A DNA stretch of 61,066 nt from Phoronis australis (taxonomy: Eukaryota > Animalia > Phoronida). Position numbers and translations under genes: made by a program. Location: positions 248,214 to 309,279 of the forward strand of contig NMRA01000517.1 in assembly GCA_002633005.1 (NCBI GenBank), read 5' to 3'. Under the pieces are notes generated by a model. That model worked only from the letters and a program-made list of their open reading frames with translations. It was not told the origin of the DNA and searched no databases. The number at the start of each line of letters is the position of its first letter. Position 1 is the first letter of the stretch. Below, piece after piece: positions 1-12,800 of the stretch.

Positions 1-723
1 GGCTCTTCAAAATGATTCGGGTCCGATGTATGCTGACTGAGATCAGTCACCCATCAGTGAATGCTCTAAACGTGTATACGAGTCATTGAACATTTCACAA
101 ACAGCACACTTACTGACTTATACTTGTCCATCCAAAGCCTGGTATTGCTCATTTGTTGTAATGTAAAACCTTCACGAGTTCGAACATTCAGTCTTGTCCT
201 CATTGTTTCTCACCTATCGAACGAGTCGATTACAGGTACAAGGTTTGTTGGTAATGCCGCTTTTTGTACTGGCAAACACGTCTTTTTCTGAATTTCGTAG
301 AGCAGGACGATTGCGTTTCGCCTTCGGACGTACACTTCATAGTCGATCTACCTCTCCCCGCCATTTGTATAAATTCTGTTTATCTCTAGATCTGTGGCTG
401 CGCATGCGTTGTTGTAATGTTTATAATCTATTTAGCGGTGGGGATACTAAATTCTTTGTAAACATTTCATTCGTTAGTAGTATTTACAACGATTTTTTTC
501 AAACTTTTTGCACACGTTGAAAGTTAATAACTTTTTGAACTCCGGCTTAAACGGCGTTAAGAGGTTTTTTCTTCTATAACTCGGACCATAGGCCTTTAAG
601 TGACATTTCAACGTACCGAAAGTTCACGTTAATTTGTTTAAGTGATATTTCAACGCACCGGAAGTTCACGTTGATGCTTTTGTTGAAGTGATGTTTCAAT
701 ACTTTGCTTTGATGGTTGTTTAG

Positions 724-865
724 CTCAGTGATGAACTCGACCGGCAAAGTTTAGAGTTCCGTGGGAAAAACTGCGTATGGTTTCGACCGACATCTTTGGA
801 CGAACTTTGGCAGCTGAAAACAACCGAGCCGAGCGCAACACTAGTAGCAGGGAATAATCACATTG
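724..865 (+). CDS. XDH: XDH/AOX exon (start of FAD domain)
   Basis: ttgtttag|...|gtaaga; [47 protein letters not shown](G), matching L.F.GERVTW....L.ELL.LK...P.AKLVVGNTEIG. Confidence 0.9.
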
Positions 866-3800
866 GTAAGAATATTCTTACTACAGAGCCTGTGTGATAG
901 ATAAATGAATGTATGTAGATTCATTTTTCATCCAAAACTATAAGAGATGCAGTAAGGTACATTTAATGGTATTCAACAAAAAACCGAAGATGATAGCCAC
1001 GAAAATCAAATAACTGATTCACACTGGTCATCAATGAAATAGAAGTAATTAATACTGAAGTGGCAAAATTTTTGTGGATTAGTTTAATATTAAAGCTTGA
1101 TTAAGTGCGAATTCATGAAAATTTACTGATTAACGCTGTGCATAATACAACGGTAATCTCTTACGACATTGCCCAAGATAGAACGGACGGCCAAAATATG
1201 TTTTCCGGCGTCCGTCCATCCGTTTGTCTCTCCGTTGACAAGCTGGGCTACAAATTCTTCTGAATCGCTTACTGGAAACGTTTGCTGCTCAGGGAAGATT
1301 TTTATTGTCGTTTTCTTGCAAGGGTTAAGCGTTTGACGAAATACACCTTAATTGTTGAACCTAACCTAACCTAGATGTACACTACGTGAAGGAACATAGC
1401 AACTCGTAACTTGTTTTATTGTCGTTATTGTTATTTGTACTATTGCCACCATTGTTATCCTATTTATGAAGCCGACGACAGTCGACGATGAGTTTAGGAC
1501 CCATTCGACTACCGCTCTGCCCCCTAGTGGCAATTTTAATTTTTTAGGTTTACCTCTGTATTTCTTGAGTTCCATGAAATTTAGCAAATAGGTGTCTGTT
1601 AAAGAGACGCCTTCTTGTTTTCGGGCGGAGTTGACGAATTCTGCACCACCTGTTAGCAGTTTAAAAAATTTTTGAGTGTTTTTGACATCCGCCTTCATAT
1701 CTGCCAAACCCGTCAAAGGATTATTATGGAAATTGACAAATGTGACAAGGATTTTTGGACGGCTATGACTACCGCTATGCCCCCCGTAGCAATTTTATTT
1801 TTTACCTTTGCCTCTATCTTCCGAGCTCCTCTATTTTTTCTTGAAGTTTGGCAAGCAATTTTCTGTTGTGAAGATCTTTCCAATTTGTGGCCAATATGAC
1901 GTATTCTGCAGCACGTAGTGGCCATGACAATTACTTTTTATGCGCCCAGATATTTATATGTGGACGCATTATTCCGTCATCCCCGTCCTTCCGTCCGTCC
2001 GTCCGGCGTCCGTCCGGCGTCCGTCGGGCGTCCGTCCGGCGTCCGTCCTGCGTCCGTCCGGCGTCTGCTTCTCTATCTCCAAAACCACTTGACGTATTTG
2101 CACGTGTTCCTTTCATGGATGGTACGGCATGATCGAACTTTCGAACAGATCGGACTACTGATGTGCCCCCTAGTGCCAATTTTAGTTTTTAACGTTTACC
2201 TCTGTATCTTCAAAGGTCCTCAACGTATTTTCATAAAATTCTGCATATAGGCACCTATTAGTGAGATGACACTATCCTCCCGTTTTCGGACGGATTCGAC
2301 GTCGTTTGCGCTACCTGGTGGTCATTTTTACTGTTTTCGAGTCTGTTTTTGGCGTCCACCCCACTATCAACCAAACCGTTCTAAGGATATAGTGAAAATT
2401 GGCATGTATGTTCTTACTACGAAGACTACGGCTGATGATAATTTTCCTTTGACTTGGACTACTATGGCGCCTCCTAGCAAGTGTATTTATATATTGTTGA
2501 CAACGGACGTCGACGACTTGTGGACGGATCTGACTTCTGGTGTGCCCCTAGTCGCAATTTTAGTTTTTTACGTAAGTTTACCTCTGTATCTTCGAAGATC
2601 CTCAACGTATTTTCATAAATTTGGTATATGGGCACCTATTAGTGAGATAACGCTATCCCCCGTTTTATGAAATCAAGTAATTTTGCGCCACCTAGTGGTC
2701 ATTTTTGCTGTTTTCGAGTTTTTTTCATCGTCCACCCCTCTATCAATCAAATTTTTCTAAGGACGGTTTTGAAAATGGGCGTATATGTCCTCGGTGTGAA
2801 GAGGACGATTGGCGACGACGACTTCGACAACTGTGGTGCCTTCTAGTGGTAGTTTTGTTTTGTTTTGCGCCCATAGCTGTATCTCTTTAACCCGGCCACT
2901 GCAAGATCTTTATTAAATTTCGCAAGTGTACTTATATGAAACTAACAACAGACGACGACGACTTTCAGGCGGATCCAAGGAATGCTATGCCCCCAGTGGC
3001 AATTTCATTTTCATTTGGTTCTCTAAAGTTCTTTGACTGTTTATAAAATTTGGTGAATAGCTTTCTATAAAGAAACAATGACATGTTCCCGTTTTTGGAT
3101 GGATTGGACGTTTTTACGCCATCTGTTGGCCATTTTTACGATACAAATAAACAGCCCTGAAAGCACACCAGTTGCGATGCATTCGTGGTTGCATTTCAAC
3201 GGACTGCGTTCCTCTTGTTAGTCTTGGTTTTGCCGTCTGCTTCTGTATCCGCGAACCGGTCAGAGGATCGTTATCAAACTGGCAGATTTTTATATACAGA
3301 GATGACCCGACTGGCTTCGATTGTCACAGGTATCCAATTACTGTGGTGCCGCCTAGTGACATCATTTTCGCATCTGCAGCTGTATCTACTAGACCCCTTG
3401 CAAGGTCACGATTTTGGAAGAGTATTCTTATTCCTATTCTGCGCCATCTGACGGCCATTTTTATGATACTAAAACCACCATTATGAGCTCACCGTTTGCA
3501 TTGCAGTCGTTGGCGAATTGTTTTTGTTGTTATTATGATTGTTATTATTATGATTGCTGTTCTTACGAATGTTATTATTATTATTACTATTATATTTATT
3601 TTTATTAATATCATTATTGTTGTTATGATTATCATTTCATCTGATTTCATGCACCAAGTATTAGTAAACTATCGTTTGATACATTTTTGAATGTATTCAA
3701 TCGACTTGCATTCATTTTCATGTATTTTTAATGACGCGCTTTAAAGGCGAAGGCAACCTTTTTCCATGTCATTTTGAGCTAAAATAAGGTTGGTTGGTTA

Positions 3801-6800
3801 TCCTAGACATATTTTTCACTTAATTACAGCTTTTCGTAATTTTATTAATTATTCGTCCGCTTTTCCGGAAGTGACGTTTTAGGAGGCAAGCGCTTCCCGC
3901 CAATTTCTTTTCACATAGTCTGACTGTGAGAGCTGCCGAGTCAGTCATTGTTCTACCTCGGTTGTGTTAAGTTCCGTCNNNNNNNNNNNNNNNNNNNNNN
4001 NNNNNNNNNNNNNNNNNNNNNNNNNNNNNNNNNNNNNNNNNNNNNNNNNNNNNNNNNNNNNNNNNNNNNNNNNNNNNNNNNNNNNNNNNNNNNNNNNNNN
4101 NNNNNNNNNNNNNNNNNNNNNNNNNNNNNNNNNNNNNNNNNNNNNNNNNNNNNNNNNNNNNNNNNNNNNNNNNNNNNNNNNNNNNNNNNNNNNNNNNNNN
4201 NNNNNNNNNNNNNNNNNNNNNNNNNNNNNNNNNNNNNNNNNNNNNNNNNNNNNNNNNNNNNNNNNNNNNNNNNNNNNNNNNNNNNNNNNNNNNNNNNNNN
4301 NNNNNNNNNNNNNNNNNNNNNNNNNNNNNNNNNNNNNNNNNNNNNNNNNNNNNNNNNNNNNNNNNNNNNNNNNNNNNNNNNNNNNNNNNNNNNNNNNNNN
4401 NNNNNNNNNNNNNNNNNNNNNNNNNNNNNNNNNNNNNNNNNNNNNNNNNNNNNNNNNNNNNNNNNNNNNNNNNNNNNNNNNNNNNNNNNNNNNNNNNNNN
4501 NNNNNNNNNNNNNNNNNNNNNNNNNNNNNNNNNNNNNNNNNNNNNNNNNNNNNNNNNNNNNNNNNNNNNNNNNNNNNNNNNNNNNNNNNNNNNNNNNNNN
4601 NNNNNNNNNNNNNNNNNNNNNNNNNNNNNNNNNNNNNNNNNNNNNNNNNNNNNNNNNNNNNNNNNNNNNNNNNNNNNNNNNNNNNNNNNNNNNNNNNNNN
4701 NNNNNNNNNNNNNNNNNNNNNNNNNNNNNNNNNNNNNNNNNNNNNNNNNNNNNNNNNNNNNNNNNNNNNNNNNNNNNNNNNNNNNNNNNNNNNNNNNNNN
4801 NNNNNNNNNNNNNNNNNNNNNNNNNNNNNNNNNNNNNNNNNNNNNNNNNNAACGCAGTTGAGTTCTCTACTAACCTATCTTGCCGCAGAATACTCGCCGA
4901 TGGAAAGTGGTGGCGACAATTGGTGAAAAATAGCACAAAACAAAAGTAGAATAGAACAGATTCGCACAGTAAGCTCAACGCAAAACCAAGTGGCGGGAAG
5001 CGCTTGCCTCCTAAAACGTCACTTCCGGAAAAGCGGACGAGTAATTAATAAAATTACGAAAAGCTGTAATTAAGTGAAAAATATGTCTAGGATAACCAAC
5101 CAACCTTATTTTAGCTCAAAATGACATGGAAAAAGGTTGCCTTCGCCTTTAATAATTATTGTTCGTCAGATACTTGGGTTCATGTTCCACGAAATTCGTT
5201 CCAGGTGTCGATATGCACCTGTTCAGTGCTAGACACCCAGTCCTGATATCACTGGACCATGTGCAAGAACTGTATGTAGTGCGGGACACTGACTGCGGGG
5301 TGGAATTTGGCGCCTCTACAACTGTAACGCGATTTATCGAGGCACTGAGTGAAAGAGTGGATTTATACCCACGTGAGTGTTTTGACCAATAGCAATCAAG
5401 AACGATGTTGCAAGAAGTGAGTGTTTTGACCTATAGCAATCAAGAACGATATAGCAATCAAGAAGTGTGGGAGGATATGGACATATCGGGGAACTTCTTA
5501 ACTTTTTCAGCTTGGCTCAAAAGTGGAATTAAAATGGTCATCTGAATGAGGTCTGGATAATAAATGTAACCGGAGAGTAATGGTTTCACTTTATTATTTC
5601 ATTACAAAAGATCAAAAAATTTGTAGACTCCAGTTTAGATTGTGAAATAGAATTCTATCCATAAATTCTGTCTTGAAAATTATTCGCATGAAGGAAGACG
5701 CAATTTGCTCGTTTTGTAACGATTGAAAATGCATTTTGGGAGTGTGTTTTGGACAAACAATTCTGAGTTGATCTTATTAAGCGTGATGTTATTAACAAGT
5801 CTGCTGGTTGCTATCTCGATATCCTCTCCTATGAAACAGTAATGTTTCGTCAGATTATCAAACTAGAGCTGCTACATGTGGGTTTGGTATATATAATACT
5901 AATTGCGTTTCTGACTCCGGGTTTCATAGATACTGACAAATGTAAAAACTAGACTACGAGGGTCGTTCAATAAGTTCTCGGCCTCACTCAGAAAGCAGCG
6001 CGATAGCAACTAATTTTGTCTTTTGTTTTTCAATATAATCTCCCGTTACATCAATACATTTCTTCCATCTGTGCTCCAGTTTTGCAATGCCTTCGTAAAA
6101 GGAATTTTTGTCGAACCCCTCAAAATACTCCTCCACTGCACTCACGATGTCATCATCACTCACATATTGACGTCCACGCAGGTAGGCCTTCAAATGTGGA
6201 GACAAATAAAAATAAGACGGGGCCAGGTCTGGAGAATAAGCAGGGTGCGGAAGGATTTCAAAGCCACATCTAGTTGCTTCAGACACCGCAACTTGGGCAG
6301 TATGGGCAGGTGCGTTGTCTTGAAGCAACAGCACTCTATCCCGAAACTTCCCGTGTCTCTTTTCCTCGATTGCTTTTTTGAGTTTTTCCAAAAGTGATGC
6401 TTAGTAATTCTCGGTAACAGTGTGTCCTCGTTGCAAGTAGTCGATCATCAGAATACCTTCCCTGTCCCAGAACACAAAGGCGCTAACTTTGCTGGCAGAG
6501 GCACCCAACTTGAACTTTCTCGGGCATGGGGAACCTAAGTGCTTCCATTGTTTACTTTGTTGTTTTGATTCCGGGTCAAAGTGGCGGACCCATGTCTCAT
6601 CCTGGGTTACAAGTCTTCTGGAAAATTTGGCTGGATCCGCTTGGAATCTTCCTAGGAGTTCCTTTGAAATTTGCATTCGGCTCATTTTCTGATCCTGAGT
6701 TGACATTCTCGGCACCCATCGTGTACTCAGCTTACTCATGCCCAAATCTTCACTCAAAATTTTAGAGACGGACCCATTGATGATGCCAACAGTGTTTTCC

Positions 6801-9800
6801 AAATGTTGAAGAGCCATTCGCCTGTCTTTCATAACCATTGCATGAATTTTCTGCACATCTTCGCCGGAGCTCGATAATTTGAGACGTCCTGGTCGAGGGT
6901 CATCTTCAACGCATTCTCTACCCCTCTTGAAACAAGCTGACCACTTTTTTACTGTGGAGTAGCTCGCGGAGTCTGTTCCAAGTGTTTTTCGCATCTCTTC
7001 ATGAATATCTTTTGGTTTCATTCCTTTTTTACCCAAATACTTTATGACGGCTCTCGTCCCCGTTATCTCCATGCTGCTAAATGTGTTGTCGTCTGCTTTT
7101 TGAAGCAGTTGACCGTACTAATTCAGCGTGAACTCAATACTGACAGTTATAAAAGATGAAATTTTACTGTGATGTGAAAAAATTTAACCTGCGTCCCTGT
7201 TTTCTTGTTAAGGCCGAGAACTTATTGAACGACCCTCGTATGTTTACTTTAAATGAGAAGTTGGGACAGTTTAGAAATGTACTTATTAACTGATGAGTGA
7301 GGTATTGTGTGATCATGTGCGTGAGTGCGTGAGGTATTGTGTGATCATGTGCGTGAGTGCGTGTATACTGTTCTTTTTCTGTTCTATGTTTCCAATATTT
7401 GTAATTTGAAGAGCCTAATTTTAAATAAATGATATCAGAAATTAAAACCTCACTAAGTTCAGTAAAATGTCATTCCAATATGAACACAGTAAGCGGTGTA
7501 GCATTGACCTACTTTGAAGAAGCTTTGAAGTTTTTATATGTTTAAAAAACATAAAATGTCTGTTCAGAGCTTAAACGTCTAAATATCCTTGAAAAGTCTG
7601 TTCAGAATTTCAACAAATAAATATCCTACAAATTTCTGTTCATACTTTAAACATGTAGATATCCTACAATAACGTGTTTAAAGTTTAAACATTTAAATAC
7701 CCTACAATTGTCTGTTCAGAGTTTAAACATATGAATATCCTACACAAATCTGTTCAGAATTTATCGAGGCTATAAAGCTGAGTGAAAACGAAAGACACGG
7801 AATTGTTTCTTCCTGTTTTATCCTGTGTTGAACTGTTTTGTGCTGTTTTGTACTGTAATAAAATGCAGACCTTGAGCCATCCAGGAATGTTCATGATGTT
7901 AATAGTTAAAAGTGGTCTGCTGGATTTCCTAGGTCTTCGGAGACATGTGGTCTTTTGATATTTATTACAGTAATTAAGCGCCCTGGGCGAAACGCGGACG
8001 AGTACGATAAATTCAATGAAGGTATAAATTTTTGGAAGTAGAAAAGATGAGCAATTTGATGTTTGAGTTCATGCCAATCTCCCATTCATTGAGTCACGTG
8101 ACAACGTGTTTTAATGAACCTTAACAATAAAGATACAAAGCAAAATAACAATATCAGTGCCTTGAATTTTTTATAAACATGTTTAATGTTCTGAATGACG
8201 GTGTTACAGTTTTCTAAATTGGCGTTTTGTTTTTGTTAAGCACATCACGTGGACGTTTCACATGAATCTGAATTGAGCTAAATTTGGACAGCGTCTCATA
8301 TATCCTATAAAAGGAAAACGTGTGTTAATTCATTTTCTTTATTTTTTAGCTGAAAGAACAAGATTTTTCAAAGGAATTTTAGTTCTGATGAAGCGTTTCG
8401 CTAGCAAGCAGATACGAAATACGGCGGTACGTATGTCTAAAAAGAGTTCAGTCATAAGGGTTGCTGTAGAGTGACTATTGTTTAATGCATGGACATACTA
8501 TTACTATACTGTTGCGGTCTGTTTATGTATATAGCTCCAGTAGTTGAAGTGATGTTTCTGTAAACTATTACCCTGTGTCACACGCTATGACCAGTATCTT
8601 CGATTTAATGTTATGACGTCTTACAACGATCGACTTATGAAATTAGACAAGAGTCACAACTGTAAACATTGGTTTTAACCTACGTAAGGGATCTCATAGG
8701 TGTCAAGCCATATATTCTTGCACTGGACAAATATTGTCGCCAGGCATATATTGTCTCCCTCTAGTGGACAATAGGTGCTCCCACAATGTTACAACACAAC
8801 ATACTGTCGCCTGGTCGATGATGACTGCAAAACTTGTTGCATTGGACACATTATTATTATTGTTGTTATTGTTATGCGTCCACATATGTATAATATGTGG
8901 TTGCATTCGACAAACGTTATGTGGTTATATCAGTGTGATCGTAAGCTGAATGTCGCGCTAAATGACGTTTATGAGAGTTAGTGAAAACACAATTCTTGTA
9001 CAATAACTTGACAGGTTTCTATTAACTTATTATTTTAGGATAATTTCAAAATATCCTGACGTCAGAATCTGTCTGAGGTGTAACTGCTTAAAAGACTTTG
9101 GTTCGGAGGGAAATTTATTTGAAATTCATGTGGTAAAATTACCTCATTCGTCACAGTTTCTGTCCTCACGTCTCACTTGGTATATAGACAAGACCGGCAG
9201 TCAGCTCCATACACGTGTCAATGGACACCGTAAAACTGTCCGCGGCGATTCCTTGTTTCTGGTAGTCACACATTTAACGTCACACGACCACATCAGTGAT
9301 AACCCCATGGTCTGTGTACTGATGGACAGTCTTGGTAACACCCACACCGGGAGATTTAAAGAAATATCAATGAAAACGGCTGTCCTAATGTGCCACCGAT
9401 CACGCCACTCTCATGTGTACTTTTAAACAGGTTGGTGTAAGAATGCCTTTGTCGCCATTTGTCTCCATACGCCCTGATGATGGACCGTATGACTGAGTAT
9501 CAATTTGTCTCCATACGCCCTGATGATGGACCGTATGACAGAATCAATTTGTCTACATACGCCCTGATAATGGGCCGCATGACTGAGTATCAATTTGTCT
9601 CCATACGCCCTGATAATGGGCCACATGACTGAGTATCAATTTGTCTCCATACGCCCTGATAATGGGCCACATGACTGAGAATCAATTTGTCTCCATACGC
9701 CCTGATAATGGGCCGCATGACTGAGAATCAATTTGTCTCCATACGCCCTGATGATGAGCCGCATGACTGAGTTTCAGTTTGTCTCCATACGCCCTGATAA

Positions 9801-12800
9801 TGGGCCACATGACTGAGTTTCAATTTGTCTCCATACGCCCTGATGATGAGCCGCATGACTGAGTTTCAATTTGTCTCCATACGCCCTGATAATGGGCCGC
9901 ATGACTGAGCATCAATTGCAAAACGTTATCACCATTGTGATAAAACATTAAATGTGTTAAAATTTTGATAACCACGGCATTCGTGTGATGTTTGGTATAC
10001 AGGGCGAACTACTTATATTGGGGTGTTGGATAAACAGGTCAGGTTACCATGTTGATGTTGTGTAAGCACACTGGACTACCCTTGGGATTGTGCATGGGTA
10101 ATAAAAGCACAGGCAGAAACGGAGGGTGGGGCTGTGAAGGCCTGCACTTAATATCGTGTTAGATGAGAAAGTATTTTGCTTTGAAAAAGCGGAATTGGCA
10201 CTGGAACATTGGTGTTTTTTGGTGAAATGTAATTGATTTCTATTACATTTCAGACAATAGGCGGCAGTGTCATCTCTGCCTTGAGAGGGTTCTCCAAGTC
10301 TGACGTCATTACCTGTCTAGCAGGCTGTAACTGTTCAGTTTTATTTCAGCACAAAGGTACTGTCTGTAGCGCTCCCTGTATTTCCATCATTTTGTCGTTT
10401 AACAAATCTCAATACACCAACAGTAGTTTAACAAATCTCAACACACCAACAGTCGATGTTTTTTTGTCAAAATTGTAGTTTTAGTGTGCAGCACTCATTT
10501 CAAACTCTTAATTATAATCCAGCAATGCTTGCTTAGTTAAATATGCATTTGGTTCTTTGTGCCTGGATAAAACAAAAATTGAATGAGGCATTTTAATTCA
10601 ACAATTTGTGCCTCGCTATACTTTTCGTCATGATAGGAATACATTTCCGTTACCAACAGTCACATGGAAATCCTCCGCCACTCAAGGGAACGCTTCAGAG
10701 TCTATTGGGGTTGGAAACCCTAAAATTGTGGATTCCAAAATGACGTACATGTATGTGACCCGAGCTATTGTTTTGATGAGCGCGATATTGTTTCAACTCC
10801 AAAACGTTTTCATTAAGAAGTCAACATCGACAGCTAAACATGGGCGAAATGCAACCTTTCAACATAACTGTAAACGTGATACCTGACACCTGGTCACCTG
10901 ACACTTTCACCATAACTCTACGCCTGACTCCTTGGTCCTGGTCACCTGTCACTTCCATTGCACTTAACTCTGCACATGACACTTTACAGTCACCTTACAC
11001 TTTCAAGACAGCTCTATACCTGACACCTTACGGTCGCTTGAGACACTTATCATAACTCTACATATGACATCTTACACTCACCTGATACGTTCAACACAGC
11101 TCTACACCTGACAGCTTGGTCGCTTGAGACTTTCAACATGACACCTTACCCCTGGTTACCTGAGATTTTTAACATAACTCTACCCCTGACATCTTGCTCC
11201 TGGTCAATTGGGATTTTCAACGTAACTGGCCCACCTGACACTTTCCGCTCAACTTCGTGACTTACGTAAACAATGTTTATCGAACTACAGGAATGCAGTT
11301 ACGTGTACATACGCCACTTGACAAATAACGTCCACACTTGGTCTTGCAGTTTCGCTGGACGAAGACACAAGAATATATCTAAACAATTCTTTGCAAAAAT
11401 GTTTATCTTGTCTGTCGGGTGCCATTTTTCACTTCCTGTATTTCAGCTTCTTGAGAAATATTTGCATTTAGAGTGCGAGTATTATTTGTGATAAAACGAC
11501 AATCTTGCAGTAATAAGTAATTCATATCGCCTATCATTATATTGCCGAATTGTTTTAATTTATTTGGCTTTATATTATTATTTATTATCATTATTACTAT
11601 GATTTATTACTATGATTATTATTGTATTATTACGGTTATGGTTGTTACTTGGTTAATAATTATATTATTATCATGTTGGCGAATTACTATTATTATTATT
11701 GTGTTGATTAACCTTTTTATCAATGAATATTTAGATAGATCCATGGAAACAGTTCTATTGGACGCCGATCTATTGGATAACACCAACGTCACGAACATCA
11801 ACCGTCTGACTGATGACGTCACCTTGTTGGTGAAGATAACAGTACCATTTTCAAACAAGGTAACTTTTTAATTCTCTTCACATTATAGGCTATCTCAATC
11901 TTAATGTTATGACTAACAAATGGTTTACTTTAAAACTGAAAAAAGACGCTTTTAAAATCTGACTTAGAGTATGAATTGCTTCAAACCACACAGGATGTTA
12001 CTAGTGAATACATGTAATGTAAAAATATTGGAATTTTTGGATTAGAAAATTATGAAGCAAATATTGCTTAGGAAATAATTTTGGTGAACCAGGGTTCCGT
12101 GAATAACTTTTCCGTATTTGAATATTGGCCTATTATTGTTTTACAAGGGAGCAAATTAAATTTCATATATAAACTACAAGTTACCCTTGTAATCAAACTG
12201 ACTGGTGCATATGGATTGCTTGCAATGTATTCGTCTAGGTCGTCAGTTGGCTTGGGTTGGGAACTACAAAAGTAATCATGTTTTCTGTTTTTTGTATCTT
12301 ATTTGCAAGACAAAGATAATGAAAACATAGTTGTGGACACTCCAAATGAAACAGCAGAACACTTGAGTCTAGGGTATTAAGAAGTGTCCAGCGAATGACC
12401 CAAGAACATCAGCTATTTTTCTCATTGTTTAAAGGTGTACGTGTATTGGAACGTGAAATATGGGTATTTAGTCTGGGAAAGCACGAAAATAGGGATCAAC
12501 ACATTAACACAACAGCGTCAGTATGTAAATGTCGCGTGTGTGAAAAAGCAGGACAACTCCGCCAAAAAGGACTCTTGGCCAGTATGTGTACAAAATTTAG
12601 TTCTGTTACGTTTAAATGGAGAGAACCACTTGTCTAATATGAAGGTTATTAACACCGAAGATGCACGGTTGCAGAAACATGGCGTTACTTTGACATGTTA
12701 AGTAGACTGTTTAGGGTCCCTTTCAATTGATCGCTTGATACAAAGGTTACTTAAGCTCACGCTTGAGAAAACGCAAAACTTAAGTTATATCAAGTCTATC

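Noticed and set aside
3948-4978. Long ORFs of 320-341 aa
   Set aside because: Artefacts of the N gap.
9458-9918. CRISPR-like regular array (also 14540-14808, 19528-19643, 52249-52410)
   Set aside because: Head-to-tail tandem units with no unique spacers, no cas genes, and a spliceosomal-intron context.
11540-11730. Hydrophobic 'membrane protein' ORFs (also 3496-3690)
   Set aside because: Decayed (ATT)n microsatellites.
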